This document shows positions 55,862 through 64,000 of a stretch of 64,000 nt of DNA, one piece after another. Source of the DNA: an uncultured Thalassospiraceae bacterium (GTDB lineage: Bacteria > Pseudomonadota > Alphaproteobacteria > Rhodospirillales > JAPHRK01). Below the pieces are notes generated by a model. It saw only the letters and a list, made by a program, of their open reading frames with translations. It had not been told where the DNA came from and did not search any database. The stretch spans positions 8,773 through 72,772 of the forward strand of contig CBDULT010000010.1 in assembly GCA_965368165.1 (NCBI GenBank), given 5' to 3'. Both the position numbers and the translations under genes were made by a program. Every line of letters starts with the position of its first letter. Position 1 is the first letter of the stretch.

Positions 55862-56470
55862 ATGACCCCCCTTGAATTTCAAGAGAAAACGGGAGTTGAT
55901 GACCAAACTCTCAAGCGCCTTTCTGTTTATGGGGATAAGCTTTGCAAGTGGCAAAAGCGAATCAACCTGGTTGGTAATTCGACAATCGCAGATTTGTGGC
56001 GCCGACATATGCTCGATTCGGCACAGCTTTTTCCATATTTATCTGAAATTAACGGAAATATTATAGATTTAGGGTCAGGCGCAGGATTTCCTGGTTTGGT
56101 CCTTTCAATAATGGGGATTAAAAATATCCATCTTGTGGATAGCGATAGTCGGAAGGCAACATTTATGCGGGAAGTAATCCGGGAAACCGGGTCTACAGCT
56201 AAGGTTTTCAATGGCCGTATTGAAGAAATGGAGGTAAAGGGAGCCGTTTCTGCGATCACTTCTCGGGCCTGTGCCTCTGTGGATAAGCTGTTGATACTCT
56301 CGGATAATTTACGTTCCAAAGAGACAATTTGCCTGTTTTTAAAAGGTCGTAAGGTAGAAGAAGAATTGACGGAATCCTTTAAAAACTGGAAGATGCAACA
56401 TGTTATGGGGCCAAGTCACTCCGATCCGGAGGGTGTCGTGTTAAAATTGAGTCAAATTCAGACGCTTTGA
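55862..56470 (+). CDS. rsmG: 16S rRNA (guanine527-N7)-methyltransferase
   Basis: ORF track start 55799 reads through the parS site (..FHVKH..). ATG at 55862 gives MTPLEFQEKTG... SAM motif DLGSGAGFPGL present. Confidence 0.93.
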   Translation: MTPLEFQEKTGVDDQTLKRLSVYGDKLCKWQKRINLVGNSTIADLWRRHMLDSAQLFPYLSEINGNIIDLGSGAGFPGLVLSIMGIKNIHLVDSDSRKATFMREVIRETGSTAKVFNGRIEEMEVKGAVSAITSRACASVDKLLILSDNLRSKETICLFLKGRKVEEELTESFKNWKMQHVMGPSHSDPEGVVLKLSQIQTL

Positions 56471-56512
56471 TAACCGATAAATGAGTATTTTAAGGGGCTA
56501 GGTAAGCGGATT

Positions 56513-57298
56513 ATGTCAAAATCACCGCGCATTATCTCAATTGCGAACCAAAAAGGCGGCGTTGGTAAAACCACGACGGCAATTAATTTAGCGACAGCCT
56601 TGGCTGCCGTTGATCAGAAAATTCTGATTATTGATCTCGATCCTCAAGGGAATGCCAGTACGGGTGTGGGGATCGAACGGGGTGAAAGAGCCATTAACTC
56701 TTATCATGTCCTGATTGGCGAGGCGTCTCCTGAGCAAGCTATGCTAGATACAGCCGTTCCTGGACTTAAAATTATTCCATCGGGGATAGACCTTTCGGGT
56801 GCAGAAATAGAGCTTGTCGATGTAGAAGGGCGTGAATTTTGCCTCAAAAAGACCCTAACCTCCGGAGCTTTAGATGAATTCGATTATATTCTGATCGATT
56901 GTCCCCCAGCTTTGGGTCTTCTGACGGTGAATTCATTTGTGGCTTCCAATGCGATCTTGGTTCCCTTGCAGTGTGAATTTTTTGCCCTTGAGGGTATCAG
57001 TCATCTGATTAAAACAATTGATCAAGTGCGTAATGTCTTTAATCCAGACCTAGAAATCCAAGGTATTGTCCTCACCATGTTTGATAAACGCAATAATCTA
57101 TCTGATATGGTTGCCAATGATGTACGTGAGTATTTTGGCGAAAAAGTTTATCAAACGGTTATTCCCCGGAATGTGCGGGTATCAGAGGCACCTTCCCATG
57201 GGAAACCTGTTTTGCTTTATGATCTGCAATGCGCTGGATCTAAAGCCTATCTCCATCTTGCCAGCGAAGTGCTGCGCCGTGAAAGGATTGCAGCCTAA
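56513..57298 (+). CDS. parA: chromosome partitioning ATPase ParA
   Basis: 261 aa with the deviant Walker A NQKGGVGKTTT. Confidence 0.96.
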   Translation: MSKSPRIISIANQKGGVGKTTTAINLATALAAVDQKILIIDLDPQGNASTGVGIERGERAINSYHVLIGEASPEQAMLDTAVPGLKIIPSGIDLSGAEIELVDVEGREFCLKKTLTSGALDEFDYILIDCPPALGLLTVNSFVASNAILVPLQCEFFALEGISHLIKTIDQVRNVFNPDLEIQGIVLTMFDKRNNLSDMVANDVREYFGEKVYQTVIPRNVRVSEAPSHGKPVLLYDLQCAGSKAYLHLASEVLRRERIAA

Positions 57299-58215
57299 TG
57301 GTTGAAGCAACGAAACGTAAAAAAGGTTTAGGCCGAGGCCTTTCTTCCTTGTTAGGCGAGGATACCACCGCGACAGCTCCGGCAAGTGCCAATGAAAATG
57401 GAGCCGCAGAAGGGAAGGGCAACCTCAAACATCTCCCCATTGAGTTTCTTAAGCCAGGAATGTATCAGCCACGCCATGTGATTGAAGAGGAGCCCATCGA
57501 GGAACTGGCTGATTCCATCAGAGATAAAGGTATTTTGCAGCCTATCTTGGTGCGTAAACTCCCTGAGGGGATAGATAAATACGAAATTATTGCCGGGGAA
57601 CGTCGCTGGCGAGCCGCTCAACTTGCCCAACTTCATGAAGTGCCTGTAATCATTAGAGAATTAGATGATCAGACAACTCTTGAAATAGCCTTAATTGAAA
57701 ACCTTCAGCGGGAAGATCTGTCGCCTTTGGAAGAGGCTGATGCTTACAGCCGTTTGATGGACGAGTTTAGCCATACCCAAGAGGCCCTGGCAAAGTCTGT
57801 TGGCAAAAGCCGGAGCCATGTAGCCAATATGATGCGGTTGTTGGGATTGCCCGATACGGTCAAACTCATGATGGATACAGGGGAGCTCAGCGCAGGGCAT
57901 GCGCGGGCCTTACTCAAATCCGACGATCCGATCGCTATGGCGCGTCAGGTTTCCGACAAAGGATTAAATGTCCGGCAGACTGAAAAACTAGTTCAACAAG
58001 GCTCAAAAAATGTAGGCGCAAAGCCAAGTAAACCTAAAACACTTGAGAAAGATACGGATACCCTGGCTCTTGAACGGGATTTGACCAGCAGTTTGGGTTT
58101 AAAAGTAGAAGTTAATTATCAAGGATCAGGGGGGTCACTGGTATTGCACTATGGCTCTCTAGAACAACTGGATGATTTGCTCCATCGTTTATCCCATGGT
58201 TCACTAACTGACTAA
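57298..58215 (+). CDS. parB: chromosome partitioning protein ParB
   Basis: 305 aa with the ParB box GERRWRAA, an HTH and a C-terminal dimerisation domain. The start overlaps the parA stop (TAATG). Confidence 0.96.
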   Translation: MVEATKRKKGLGRGLSSLLGEDTTATAPASANENGAAEGKGNLKHLPIEFLKPGMYQPRHVIEEEPIEELADSIRDKGILQPILVRKLPEGIDKYEIIAGERRWRAAQLAQLHEVPVIIRELDDQTTLEIALIENLQREDLSPLEEADAYSRLMDEFSHTQEALAKSVGKSRSHVANMMRLLGLPDTVKLMMDTGELSAGHARALLKSDDPIAMARQVSDKGLNVRQTEKLVQQGSKNVGAKPSKPKTLEKDTDTLALERDLTSSLGLKVEVNYQGSGGSLVLHYGSLEQLDDLLHRLSHGSLTD

Positions 58216-58252
58216 ATTAATCCTTTAGTTTAAATTACCCTGGTAAGATATT

Positions 58253-59278
58253 CTAACGTCGCTGTTTTCCAGCTTGTGTAATGCGCATTAAAGCGCGATT
58301 ACAAACGGTGACGGCTGGGTATTGGGTGATCTTGCAATCTAGCTCAGCCTCTGTAAGGATTTCTAAAGCTTGAGCGAGGCGAGGGGCCGGCCAACGTCTT
58401 ACTTGAGCTTTAAATCGATCGGCTACTTTGAAAAAAACGGGTGGTCTCAATTGTTTAACCGCCTGATCAACAGATTGTCCTTCACGAACAAGCCCTGAAG
58501 CCAAATGAAGTCTTTGAAAATATCTGGCGACAGAACGCAGGATGACAATCGGCTGTATGGTTTCTTCCATGGCCTTTTCTAAGGCTTCTTCTAGTTTATC
58601 TTGATTACCATCTGCTGCGGATAAGGCAATGGAATCTAAAGAAAAAGTTGAGCTATCACCTGTACAGGCAATAACGTCATCCAAGGTTACAGGCGAGTCT
58701 CCTCCTTTATAGAGCACAATTTTATCCAGTTCGGAGCGCGTCATTAGTCGGTCGCCGCCCAAATGCTGATTGAGAAAGCCCATCGCATCTTGGGTTATCT
58801 CTAGTTTGGCGTCAGAAAAGGTTTGGCGTATGATTTGAACCAGGGAATGTCCTTCATCACCATAACAGGCAATGGCCCCGCATGATTTTTCACTTTCACA
58901 AAATTTACGAAGGGAAGAACGGGGAGAGAGTTCACCCGCTTCGATGATGATAAATCCATCCCCTATAGGGTTTTTGAAGAAATCCTTTAATAGAGTTGTC
59001 AAACTATCAGCACCATCTGGTATGCGGATTGCCCTTTTGCCACCCGTAAATGATAGAGCCGAAACTTCGTCTGACAGCCTGGCTGGGTCTTGTTTAAAAG
59101 TGGATGCGCTTAGTTCCGCAACGCGGAAGGGGTCTTTATCATCTTCGGCGATAGAAAAAGTAATCTTTTTTCCACGCTCTCTGACCAGCCCTGTATCTGG
59201 ACCATAGAGGAGAACGGCCCTGTAATTGGCACCAGGAGCAGATAGAAAGTTTTCGACCTGTCCAGCGGGTATTTTCAT
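58253..59278 (-). CDS. holA: DNA polymerase III delta subunit
   Basis: 341 aa with LLYGPDTGLVRE.. and typical HolA length and layout. Confidence 0.85.
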   Translation of the reverse strand: MKIPAGQVENFLSAPGANYRAVLLYGPDTGLVRERGKKITFSIAEDDKDPFRVAELSASTFKQDPARLSDEVSALSFTGGKRAIRIPDGADSLTTLLKDFFKNPIGDGFIIIEAGELSPRSSLRKFCESEKSCGAIACYGDEGHSLVQIIRQTFSDAKLEITQDAMGFLNQHLGGDRLMTRSELDKIVLYKGGDSPVTLDDVIACTGDSSTFSLDSIALSAADGNQDKLEEALEKAMEETIQPIVILRSVARYFQRLHLASGLVREGQSVDQAVKQLRPPVFFKVADRFKAQVRRWPAPRLAQALEILTEAELDCKITQYPAVTVCNRALMRITQAGKQRR

Positions 59279-59280
59279 TT

Positions 59281-59799
59281 CTATTCCGAGGTGTTTTTGG
59301 GCGGGTTTAAAAAATAGGTGGAAAGCCTTGATTTAATGTCTTGAGCCAGATTAATAGCAGCACGTTTTAAAGCACTTTTTGCTGTGGCAACCTGGCTATA
59401 TTCCGCATCAGCTAAGTCATAGCTGGAAATTGCCATACTATTGCCTGAGAAGATTATTTTATTTTCTAAATGACTTTTTAGGCTAAAACGAGCTCTAAGA
59501 TATAAATCAGCTCGGGTGGCTGATTCGTCTGTTCTTTGTAATTGTTGACTTTTATTTTCAACCAGCTTGATGGTAAGGGTGTAATCTCTTGTTGCTCTTT
59601 GGCCTTTCGGATTTATAAGGGTTTGTAATTCATTTCGGACAAGTTGCCCGCGACGATCACTAATTGTCGCTACGTATACGTTCTCAAGTTTTGCGCCCGC
59701 TTGGGGTTTTGAGCTGTATTTGCCATAAAGAGGCCTGTAGCCGCATGAAGCAACCAAGCCTAAGGCTATAATGATTATGCTTGTTCTAAATAACGACAT
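59281..59799 (-). CDS. lptE: LPS-assembly lipoprotein LptE
   Basis: 172 aa with lipobox LVASC. The conserved leuS-lptE-holA order supports the call. Confidence 0.8.
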   Translation of the reverse strand: MSLFRTSIIIIALGLVASCGYRPLYGKYSSKPQAGAKLENVYVATISDRRGQLVRNELQTLINPKGQRATRDYTLTIKLVENKSQQLQRTDESATRADLYLRARFSLKSHLENKIIFSGNSMAISSYDLADAEYSQVATAKSALKRAAINLAQDIKSRLSTYFLNPPKNTSE

Positions 59800-62347
59800 T
59801 TACGATCCGGTTTGGTACGACAATAACTTTGCGAATGGTTTCACCCTCTAAGGCGGCAGCAACTTTGGGCAGAGCTAAAGCTGCGGCTTCCACATCATCC
59901 TTGGCGGCATCCGTTGGCATTTCAATGGTGCCACGTAGTTTACCTTTAATTTGTACCGCAATCGTGACCTTATCGTCTACAAGTTCAGCTTCATCAACAG
60001 TTGGCCAAGGTGTTGCCATCAAAGTCGTCTCATGGCCAAGTTGCCGCCAAAGTTCCTCGGCAATATGAGGCATCATAGGTTCAATAATTCTTATTGCTGC
60101 CTCATAGCCATGCCTCAGGACCCAGCCTGCCCCCTGCTCTTCAGCAGGTAAGTTTGCAAGATTGTTTGTCAATTCGCGGATACGGGCAACAGCTTTATTG
60201 AAGTGGAATTTATCCAAGTCACCGCTTACGGCTTCCACTGTTTGATGTATTTGGCGATAGATGTTTGCGGAACTATCGGAGATTTGTGATGGTTTTTCTT
60301 CACCAATTTGAGCAAAGGGGGTTTGGGGCTCTGTCACCAACCGCCATAAACGATTTAAATAACGCCAGGCTCCTTCGACGCCTGAATCCGTCCAATCTAA
60401 ATCTCGCTCAGGTGGGCTGTCTGAAAGCATGAATAATCGGGCCGTATCAGCTCCATAAGACCCAATAATGAGTTCTGGGTCGACAACATTTCTTTTGGAC
60501 TTGCTCATCTTTTCTGAGCGGCCCTTTACAACAGGTTTCCCATCAGATGTTTTTAAACTGCCATCTTCATTCTCTGCAATTTGATCAGGGAAAAGCCAGT
60601 CACCCTGGTCGCTCTGATAAGTTTCGTGACAAATCATCCCTTGGGTTAAGAGTCCGGCAAAAGGTTCTTTAACGGAGATTTTTCCACATTTATGGAGAGC
60701 GCGCATAAAAAAGCGTGAGTAAAGAAGGTGTAAAACGGCATGTTCGATACCACCGATATATTGATCAACCGGCAACCAGTAATCCGCAGCTTTTTTGTCA
60801 AAGGCTGTATCTGCTTGTGGTGAGCTGAAACGGGCGAAGTACCAAGATGATTCCATAAAGGTATCAAAGGTATCTGTTTCCCGTTTGGCGGCTTTACCAC
60901 ATTTTGGGCAGGTCGTTTCTTTCCAGGTGGGGTGATGATCTAGCGGATTGCCTGAATGATCAAAGCTAACATCTTCGGGCAAAGTTACAGGTAGCTGATC
61001 GTCAGGTACGGGGACAACACCGCAATCTTCACAATGCACAATAGGGATGGGGGCACCCCAGTAACGTTGCCGGGAAACACCCCAGTCTCTCAACCGATAA
61101 TTAACGGTGCCTTCCCCAGCCTCAGCGTCTTTAAGACGTTTAATGACCTCAGCCTTAGCCTCTTCAACTGTTTTACCTGTTAGGTAATCAGAATTAATCA
61201 GGGTGCCTGGGCCCGTATAAGCTTCATTACCAACCTCAAAAGTATCGGGGTTTTGATCTTTTGGACCAACCACGGGGGTAACGTTAAGGTTATACTTTCT
61301 GGCAAAGTCTAAATCCCGTTGATCGTGGGCGGGGCAACCAAAAATGGCCCCCGTGCCATAATCCATCAGGACAAAATTTGCCACATATACGGGGAGTTCA
61401 CGACCATCCAGGACGGGAAGTGTGACGCGTAATCCTGTGTCGAAGCCTAATTTTTCTGCTCGTTCGATATCTGCTTCGCTGGTCCCCATGCTGTTGCATT
61501 GGGCAATGAACTGAGCAAGTTCTGGATTATCGGTGGACAATTCAAGGGCTAAAGGATGATTAGCCGCAATGGCGCAGAAGGAGGCCCCAAAAATCGTATC
61601 CTGCCTGGTGGTAAAGACTTCTAAGCGATCTTGACGTCCTTTAATATCAAATAACATCCGAGCACCCTCAGAGCGACCGATCCAGTTCTCTTGCATGATG
61701 CGAACTTTTTCAGGCCATCGCTCGAGTTCTTCGATGCCTTCTAAGAGATCATCAGCAAATTCTGTTATCTTAAAGAACCATTGAGCTAATTTACGTTTTT
61801 CGACCGGAGCGCCGGAGCGCCAGCCTTTGCCATCAACGACTTGTTCATTGGCTAAAACTGTCTGTTCAACCGGATCCCAGTTAACCCAGGACTCTTTACG
61901 ATAGACCAGATCATTTTCCAGTAAATCGAGAAACATTTTTTGTTCATGTTTATAGTAATCAATGTCGCAAGTCGCAAATTCCCGAGACCAATCGTAAGAA
62001 AGACCCATTGATTTAAGTTGGTCGCGCATGGCGTCAATGTTGCTGTAAGTCCATTTACCAGGATGGGTATTGTTTTGGATCGCGGCGTTTTCTGCAGGCA
62101 AACCAAAAGCATCCCAGCCCATGGGATGTAGGACATTAAACCCTCTGGCTCTTTTGTAGCGAGCAACAACATCCCCTAAGGTATAATTTCTGACGTGTCC
62201 CATATGAATACGCCCGGAGGGATAGGGAAACATTTCGAGGACATAATATTTAGGTTTGCTGGGATCCTCAGTAACCTCAAAGGATTGGTTCTCCGTCCAG
62301 AATTTTTGCCATTTCTGTTCGGTTTCCTTAAAATTGTAACGCGCCAT
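59786..62347 (-). CDS. leuS: leucine--tRNA ligase
   Basis: 853 aa with the HIGH-type motif HMGH and KMSKS. Confidence 0.98.
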   Translation of the reverse strand: MARYNFKETEQKWQKFWTENQSFEVTEDPSKPKYYVLEMFPYPSGRIHMGHVRNYTLGDVVARYKRARGFNVLHPMGWDAFGLPAENAAIQNNTHPGKWTYSNIDAMRDQLKSMGLSYDWSREFATCDIDYYKHEQKMFLDLLENDLVYRKESWVNWDPVEQTVLANEQVVDGKGWRSGAPVEKRKLAQWFFKITEFADDLLEGIEELERWPEKVRIMQENWIGRSEGARMLFDIKGRQDRLEVFTTRQDTIFGASFCAIAANHPLALELSTDNPELAQFIAQCNSMGTSEADIERAEKLGFDTGLRVTLPVLDGRELPVYVANFVLMDYGTGAIFGCPAHDQRDLDFARKYNLNVTPVVGPKDQNPDTFEVGNEAYTGPGTLINSDYLTGKTVEEAKAEVIKRLKDAEAGEGTVNYRLRDWGVSRQRYWGAPIPIVHCEDCGVVPVPDDQLPVTLPEDVSFDHSGNPLDHHPTWKETTCPKCGKAAKRETDTFDTFMESSWYFARFSSPQADTAFDKKAADYWLPVDQYIGGIEHAVLHLLYSRFFMRALHKCGKISVKEPFAGLLTQGMICHETYQSDQGDWLFPDQIAENEDGSLKTSDGKPVVKGRSEKMSKSKRNVVDPELIIGSYGADTARLFMLSDSPPERDLDWTDSGVEGAWRYLNRLWRLVTEPQTPFAQIGEEKPSQISDSSANIYRQIHQTVEAVSGDLDKFHFNKAVARIRELTNNLANLPAEEQGAGWVLRHGYEAAIRIIEPMMPHIAEELWRQLGHETTLMATPWPTVDEAELVDDKVTIAVQIKGKLRGTIEMPTDAAKDDVEAAALALPKVAAALEGETIRKVIVVPNRIVNVVI

Positions 62348-62397
62348 TTGTTTTATACTATACTTTCAAGAGGGTATTTGAGAGGCCATTTTAAGGC

Positions 62398-62940
62398 TCA
62401 CTGATCTGCAGCCGTGGCATTGCGTAACTGTCTCGCCCGGGTAAGAATGGCATTTTCAATGTCTGTGGCGACATTTTTACCAAGCCCCAGAGAAGTCCAC
62501 TCACCTCTTTGGTCGCGGGCCTGCTTAAACACACTTACCTTAACACCATCAGCACGCAGAGCTCTTCCTAGGATATATATATTGAGCTTAAAGCGTTCAC
62601 CGGGAGTTTCGGTAGGGCTGTACCAATCTGTTAGGATGACACCGCCGAAGGCATCCGCACTGGTGATCGGCAGGAAGGATATGGTATCCAAAGTGGCGCG
62701 CCAAAGGAAGGAGTTGACCCCGATCCCGCCGCTGGAATCATTTTTGTTGCCTCTGACAGAGCCTAATATCCCATCATCGCCAAAAATTGTTTCGCTTTTG
62801 GCATCACCTTTATGGACAATTTTCTTTTGGTTTGCGCTTTCCAGGACATCTATTTCTCTGCCCTCCAATCCTTCGCAGCCAAGCAAAGGAAGAACAGTCA
62901 TCATCACGGCCAAAAGGCCCCATTTGTTTGTTTTGGTCAT
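62398..62940 (-). CDS. DUF3576-like lipoprotein
   Basis: ORF track start is 62961; ATG at 62940 gives MTKTNKWGLLAVMMTVLPLLGC (lipobox). The family name comes from memory of similar alphaproteobacterial lipoproteins next to leuS. Confidence 0.7.
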   Translation of the reverse strand: MTKTNKWGLLAVMMTVLPLLGCEGLEGREIDVLESANQKKIVHKGDAKSETIFGDDGILGSVRGNKNDSSGGIGVNSFLWRATLDTISFLPITSADAFGGVILTDWYSPTETPGERFKLNIYILGRALRADGVKVSVFKQARDQRGEWTSLGLGKNVATDIENAILTRARQLRNATAADQ

Positions 62941-63069
62941 TTCACAAAATCTTCTTTTCAATGAATTCCGCTTCTTTATAGCTGGCTAGAGGGAATTCGT
63001 CTATTACCGATAAAAGAAATTTACACGTGCCTGTGAGGTTACATATTATAAAAGCCCAACATTCGGAAT

Positions 63070-63085
63070 GTGATAAAATTATCAC
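63070..63085. promoter_or_regulatory. Fur-family-box-like inverted repeat GTGATAA-AA-TTATCAC
   Basis: Direct read. The core TGATAAAATTATCA resembles the 7-1-7 Fur box TGATAATnATTATCA. Lies in the divergent region between the lipoprotein gene and the porin gene. Confidence 0.35.
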
Positions 63086-63288
63086 TGTTTAAAACATTAA
63101 ATCTTGTAGGTTTCGCTGGTTCTTGATTTTTATCGGTTGGTCTATACAAATAGCTCATCGAATTGGTTTGAATTCTATCGACTATTTTTTGTTGGCTCTT
63201 TGTATAGAGTGTTACGGGAGATAGACTTCAAGTTTCGATAGTTTAAACCGTTTTTTGTATTTTAATCGTTTTTTCAGAGGGGAATAAC

Positions 63289-64000
63289 ATGAAAAAACTT
63301 CTTATCGCTTCAACCGCTTTGGTTGCTGCTGGCATTATTGCCGCTCCTGCTATGGCTGCTGACCCAATCAAATTGGGCCTCGGTGGTAAAATGACCCAAT
63401 GGGCTGGTTATACAACTTCAGACCTTGGTGGAAATGCTAACTTTGACACCAAACATGATTCAGAAGTATACTTCTCTGGTTCAACCAAATTAGACAACGG
63501 CTTGACCGTTGCTCTTAAAATGGAACTTGAAGCTGATCGTCATAACAATGCGGCTTCTATTGACCACAGCTACATGACCATCAGCTCAGCTACCATGGGT
63601 ACTGTCATGATGGGTTCAGGTTTCATGAACTTCAATTACTATGCTCCTGATAATTCATATGGCGCAACCTACGCTGATTTCGTAGATTGGACCGGAACTG
63701 CAACAGGTATCGTCCTTTCTGGTCAAGGTACCAACTCTGCATCTCTGATGATTCCAGGCGGTGCTGAAGATTCTTCAGGCATTAGCTATACCACTCCTTC
63801 TTTCGGTGGTTTCACTGTTCGTGGTGTTTACCGTCCAGAAACGGCTGATTCCAATACTACTCCACTAGAAACAGCTTCTAATACAGCTCTTGCTAGCGTT
63901 CGTTATTCTGGCAAAATGGGCGGCACCGATATTGGTGTTTATACCGCTTACTCCAAAAGCAACAACAACGGCACAGCAAACGACAGCAAAGAAATCGTTT
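63289..64000 (+). CDS. outer-membrane porin (Gram-negative porin family), 3' end beyond the window
   Basis: Absent from the ORF track because it is open at the edge. ATG at 63289 follows GAGGGG. The translation begins MKKLLIASTALVAAGIIAAPAMAADPIKLGLGGKMTQWAGY... It has a signal peptide followed by alternating beta-strand-like segments (ISYTTPSFGGFTVRGVY). Confidence 0.8.
   Translation, partial: MKKLLIASTALVAAGIIAAPAMAADPIKLGLGGKMTQWAGYTTSDLGGNANFDTKHDSEVYFSGSTKLDNGLTVALKMELEADRHNNAASIDHSYMTISSATMGTVMMGSGFMNFNYYAPDNSYGATYADFVDWTGTATGIVLSGQGTNSASLMIPGGAEDSSGISYTTPSFGGFTVRGVYRPETADSNTTPLETASNTALASVRYSGKMGGTDIGVYTAYSKSNNNGTANDSKEIV

Noticed and set aside
62414-62989. 191-aa ORF antisense to the DUF3576-like lipoprotein gene
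   Set aside because: The minus-strand frame has a proper lipoprotein signal (LPLLGC) and a coherent sequence. The + frame is low-complexity Ser/Pro/Arg-rich.
63019-63034. Third parS candidate containing CACGTG
   Set aside because: Only 8/16 positions match the parS consensus, and the flanks are unrelated.

Overview
The window reads as an origin-proximal, mostly housekeeping stretch of an alphaproteobacterial chromosome. This is inferred from gene content and synteny; no database search was possible. I support about 60 CDS, including two that run off the window edges and are therefore missing from the ORF track: an EVE-domain gene at 1..204 (-) and a porin at 63289..64000 (+). Gene order: cspA; sdhCDAB; ycgN-like plus intracellular PHB depolymerase; scattered cobalamin genes (cobB, SCO1-like, cobA, cbiD, cobK); a sensor kinase fused to a periplasmic binding domain; hslO-argF-argD; purH; five surface-glycan genes around a heparinase II/III-like gene; rsmB; htpX; glnK-amtB plus a second amt; an aminotransferase; an HDAC-type deacetylase divergent from a Pat-type acetyltransferase; ftsK-lolA; dnaQ-coaE-aroE-maf-ppsR-like; hemE-hemH-hemJ; rho; qor; ogt; a DUF255 thioredoxin-domain protein; mnmE-mnmG-rsmG-parA-parB; holA-lptE-leuS; a DUF3576-like lipoprotein; a porin. 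I saw no rRNA, tRNA, CRISPR array, transposase, integrase or recognisable defence or toxin module. Notable non-coding features are two perfect parS sites flanking mnmG, a likely oriC next to hemE, a palindromic operator-like motif shared by the phaZ and pat/deacetylase promoters, twin sigma54-like promoters with shared upstream boxes before both ammonium transporters, a structured sRNA candidate with C-rich loops between lolA and dnaQ, and a promoter-plus-terminator leader before argD. I did not find a convincing novel multi-gene system. The most interesting signals are regulatory and RNA-level, and all need genome-wide or experimental checks.
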